Assembly (NCBI GenBank): GCA_910592345.1
Contig: CAJVPI010000014.1
Location: 62,001-91,804 of the forward strand
Reading direction: 5' to 3'
DNA: 29,804 nt
Source of the DNA: Paraglomus brasilianum
Taxonomy: Eukaryota
In this document: positions 26,992-29,804 of the stretch, piece by piece
How the letters are laid out: every line of letters begins with the position of its first letter
Position numbering within the stretch: the first letter of the stretch is position 1
The notes under the pieces: model-generated
Told to the model about the DNA's origin: nothing
Database searches by the model: none
What the model saw: the letters and a program-made list of their open reading frames with translations, nothing else
Position numbers and translations under genes: made by a program

Positions 26992-27066
26992 GCTTGTTCC
27001 TATAGTTGTACATACTTAACTAGTTTAAATAATCACTTTTGTAAGTTATTATTGTTCTGCCCATCA

Positions 27067-27190
27067 AAATCCAGCCCGATTCGCAATAGGCACATTGTCT
27101 AATATCACAACCAATAAACGACATCTAATTAACATTGTTTATGTGATAATAGCGAAATAAAATGTGCTTATTTCGAATCGGGCTGAATTT
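27067..27190. repeat. Foldback inverted repeat (MITE-like), 30-bp arms
   Basis: 27067-27096 matches the reverse complement of 27161-27190 at 27/30 positions, with weaker inner similarity (ctaatatcaca / ctattatcaca). Confidence 0.75.
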
Positions 27191-27343
27191 CGCTACGGGC
27201 CAGAACATTATCATCACATTACACGAGTTGTGAACTCTAATCTTTATCAATCTATCATCTACATTTTTGACGTTTTCGGCTTGAACTTTAACGATAACAA
27301 CGTTCAAAATATGAAGTCATTTTATTTGTTATTATTGTTACAT

Positions 27344-28136
27344 GGCCTTGATGCCCCGATCAAATTTGATAAAAATGGAAATTATTTGGTGGGGGCATCA
27401 AGGGGCATTCCTAAGTTGGAAATTGTTTATTTTCAATTCGGACTTTGCCAGATCGATGTGACGAGAGCAGTATTATGGGATAGAACATACATTATTTATT
27501 AAGAGTCAAGAAAAAAATTTTTTTTTCATATTCATTGCAATGACTAAGCAAAAAGAAACCTCGGATTTTTTATTATACAAACACCCACAACGTATGCGGG
27601 TTTGATTGATACAAATGATGATAATAATGTTGGAGGGTGTCCAGAATGGCTTTCTAGTTGGCGATATCCTAGAGGATTTGCCAATCGTTGAATCACAATG
27701 TCAACTTGAATTTCAATAGGAGTTTGAGGTCGAAAGGGTGTGGATAAATAGTTATAGGATACTAAGCAGTAGATCGCAAAATATACTCGCTCTCGTCATT
27801 AAGATATGGAAATATGTCTGTCCAATAAGTTATTGTTTTTGGCCGAAGTAAACGAGGTGTACTTAATCATTGACATCAAATCAAACAAAAATGCTAATTC
27901 TATATCAATTAATATTGCATCAAATTCTTGTTTAGATTTTATTACTTTTACTATGAAGGCAATAAGTCTTTTCCGGCTGATAGATAATATCATCAGTATA
28001 ACAGTCTCATACAGAAGGGCGTTATTTATGCGCGTATGCTACTTATGAATTTTATCACATAAGGTAAATATGGTATTACTCTATTTTGAGAGCTGATGCC
28101 TGTACGACTTCCAAATTTGATAGGGGCATCAAAGCT
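27344..28136 (-). mobile_element. Internally deleted PIF/Harbinger-related (PHIS superfamily) DNA transposon, 793 bp, with a degenerate transposase N-terminus
   Basis: TIRs GGCCTTGATGCCCCGATCAAATTTG and (reverse complement) AGCTTTGATGCCCCTATCAAATTTG match at 22/25. AT on both flanks. Minus-strand relic TPRLLRPKTITYWTDIFPYLNDE...RPQTPIEIQVDIVIQRLANPLGYRQLE. Confidence 0.7.
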
Positions 28137-28257
28137 ATGAGAAGGCCCAAAGTTATTTTCCAATTCTGATTGTTGATTTTCCTTTTCCAGATATAGTAAG
28201 GAAATCGTATAATTTAAATTCTTCATTGTCTAAAGAAATTTCCAAGTTAGAAATCTT

Positions 28258-28296
28258 TTGTTGTTGTTGTTGTTGTTGTTATTATTATTATTATTA
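28258..28296. repeat. Compound microsatellite (TTG)7(TTA)6
   Basis: Read directly from the sequence. Confidence 0.95.
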
Positions 28297-29104
28297 TAGT
28301 TTCTAATTTTACTACAAACATCATTTTCAGAAGTTAGAATAATATTAGATTCGTTTTTGGGCATGTATCATTATGTCCAAATTTGGTTTATCTATATATA
28401 GGTTTTAGTAGTAAAATTACAGACATATTAATGTATGATAAAATATATAAATTATGTTAACTACACACCAGAAACTCAGATAAGAGCACCAACCAAACCC
28501 CGACCTCGGATTTTTACCTTACCTGAGAATCCCGATGGGAAGTGAGCTCACATTATTGGATCGCTTTTTATCAATCTTTGAGGGATAGTATGAGTATGCC
28601 GATTATTTTAATTTTACTAGTTCAGTAGCATATCCGGTATGTAACAAAGAGTATAAAAAAGAAAATGTAAGGGGAAGTATAGAGCAAATGAAGGTACAGT
28701 ATGAATATTGTGGTGAAAAAACTTATCGTTTCAAATGTTATAAGGCTTATCAAAATTCAATTCAAATGGTAACAATGAAAGCATAGACAGTGATTTCTCA
28801 TACTAATGTAATATTAACTCAACACTATAATATATTTTTTTCCACCCTAATCGACTATAATCACTGGTGCAAGTGGTAAATCCTTGAATCTTTTTTCGAT
28901 GTGGGTTAAAACCTTTCTAGATAATATCTTCGATGGAGGTACCTCTATCAATACTTTCTCAGCATCTTTTTTAGTACTATGTGCCTAACGTGATGTGATT
29001 TACTTCCGCTTCAGAACACGATGTGACTATAATTATTATTATTATTTTTTTTTTTTTTACTTTGCGACATCGCTTCGGATGTATAACAGCCACAGTCTTA
29101 TATA

Positions 29105-29804
29105 CAGTGGTGTTCAAAAAAAATGGCACAAAATTTAGAAATAATCTGCATATACGTAACTCGACCAGTTTTCAAAATAAACGCGTAATGAATGGATCAA
29201 AATAAAGCTTATGTAATGGACTATCATTTCCAAACAGACTTATTTTCAACTTACTTCGCGCTTTTTCCAAAACAAAAGTGTAAAATGTCGCAATCCATTA
29301 ACGAAATACAACGACAAACGATATTATATTATTGGGAGAAGGGAATACGTGAAGCCCCCAGAATACAATCATTGACCAAGATTCCAATTAGGACAATATA
29401 TTACAACCTAAAAAAAATCAGAGAAAAAGGAAATGTAAAGCACAGAGGGGGAAATGGTCATAAAAAAACTATAACCGATATTAATGCTCGCAGAATTGGC
29501 CAGTATGTTCGAAGAAATCCAACTATTTCTACTAAATTAATTGCCAGTAAATTGAAAGAGGAAGGAACTGTAGTCTCTCGCATAACTGTAGGACGGCATT
29601 TGGCTGAACATGGTTACAAAAACAGCCTTCCTCTTACCACTCCCATGCTGACAAAGGCTCATAAAGAAAGTCGGGTAATATGGGCCAAGAAACATTTAAA
29701 TGACAATTGGAAACGAACAGTTTTCACTGACGAAACATCCTTCCAATTGTTTCGTAACACAATTAAACACTGGCATAAAGGTGCAAGGCCAATACGCCCA
29801 ATGC
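29105..29804 (+). mobile_element. Tc1-family transposon, left end; continues beyond the window
   Basis: TA|CAGTGGTGTTCAAAAAAAATGGCAC terminus typical of Tc1 elements, 180 bp upstream of a transposase ORF. The right TIR is not visible. Confidence 0.85.
29285..29804 (+). CDS. Tc1-like DDE transposase, 5' part (open to the window edge)
   Basis: MSQSINEIQRQTILYYWEKG...IPIRTIYYNLKK (HTH), RGGNGHKK linker, VSRITVGRHLAEHGY (second HTH), PMLTKAHKESRVIWAKKH, WKRTVFTDETSF (first catalytic Asp). No stop in 173 codons. Confidence 0.93.
   Translation, partial: MSQSINEIQRQTILYYWEKGIREAPRIQSLTKIPIRTIYYNLKKIREKGNVKHRGGNGHKKTITDINARRIGQYVRRNPTISTKLIASKLKEEGTVVSRITVGRHLAEHGYKNSLPLTTPMLTKAHKESRVIWAKKHLNDNWKRTVFTDETSFQLFRNTIKHWHKGARPIRPM

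Noticed and set aside
26866..27102. 78-aa ORF containing LPGIEPGS
   Set aside because: Translation of the antisense strand of the tRNA-His gene.
28847..28978. Short minus-strand open stretch STKKDAEKVLIEVPPSK...PVIIVD*
   Set aside because: No start codon, family motif or partner exons that I can support; possibly a gene relic.

Overview
This is eukaryotic, intron-rich, AT-rich fungal DNA. Gene families, short GT-AG introns and repeat relics point to an early-diverging fungus (Mucoromycota, probably Glomeromycotina); that placement is inference. The ORF track mostly shows exon fragments, so I reconstructed the genes by hand. There are eight spliced protein-coding genes: the 3' part of a UPF0658-like membrane protein, RRP4, a MET12/MET13-type MTHFR, a malic enzyme, eIF3m, a mitochondrial-type malate dehydrogenase, an alpha/beta hydrolase and a cytochrome P450. 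One tRNA-His(GUG) is also present. Two repeat-rich islands occur. The first (~15.7-19.8 kb) holds an 861-bp pogo/Tigger-like non-autonomous element with TA duplication, a 130-bp tandem duplication and pseudogene relics. The second (~27-29.8 kb) holds a foldback, a 793-bp PIF/Harbinger-related relic with an AT duplication, and the start of an apparently intact Tc1 transposon. I cannot demonstrate a new biological system. The best leads are a malic enzyme with both a presequence-like N-terminus and a PTS1-like C-terminus plus a structured first intron, the AT-flanked PHIS-type element, a one-directional C-to-T bias in a tandem duplication, and clustered AAG splice acceptors in MTHFR.
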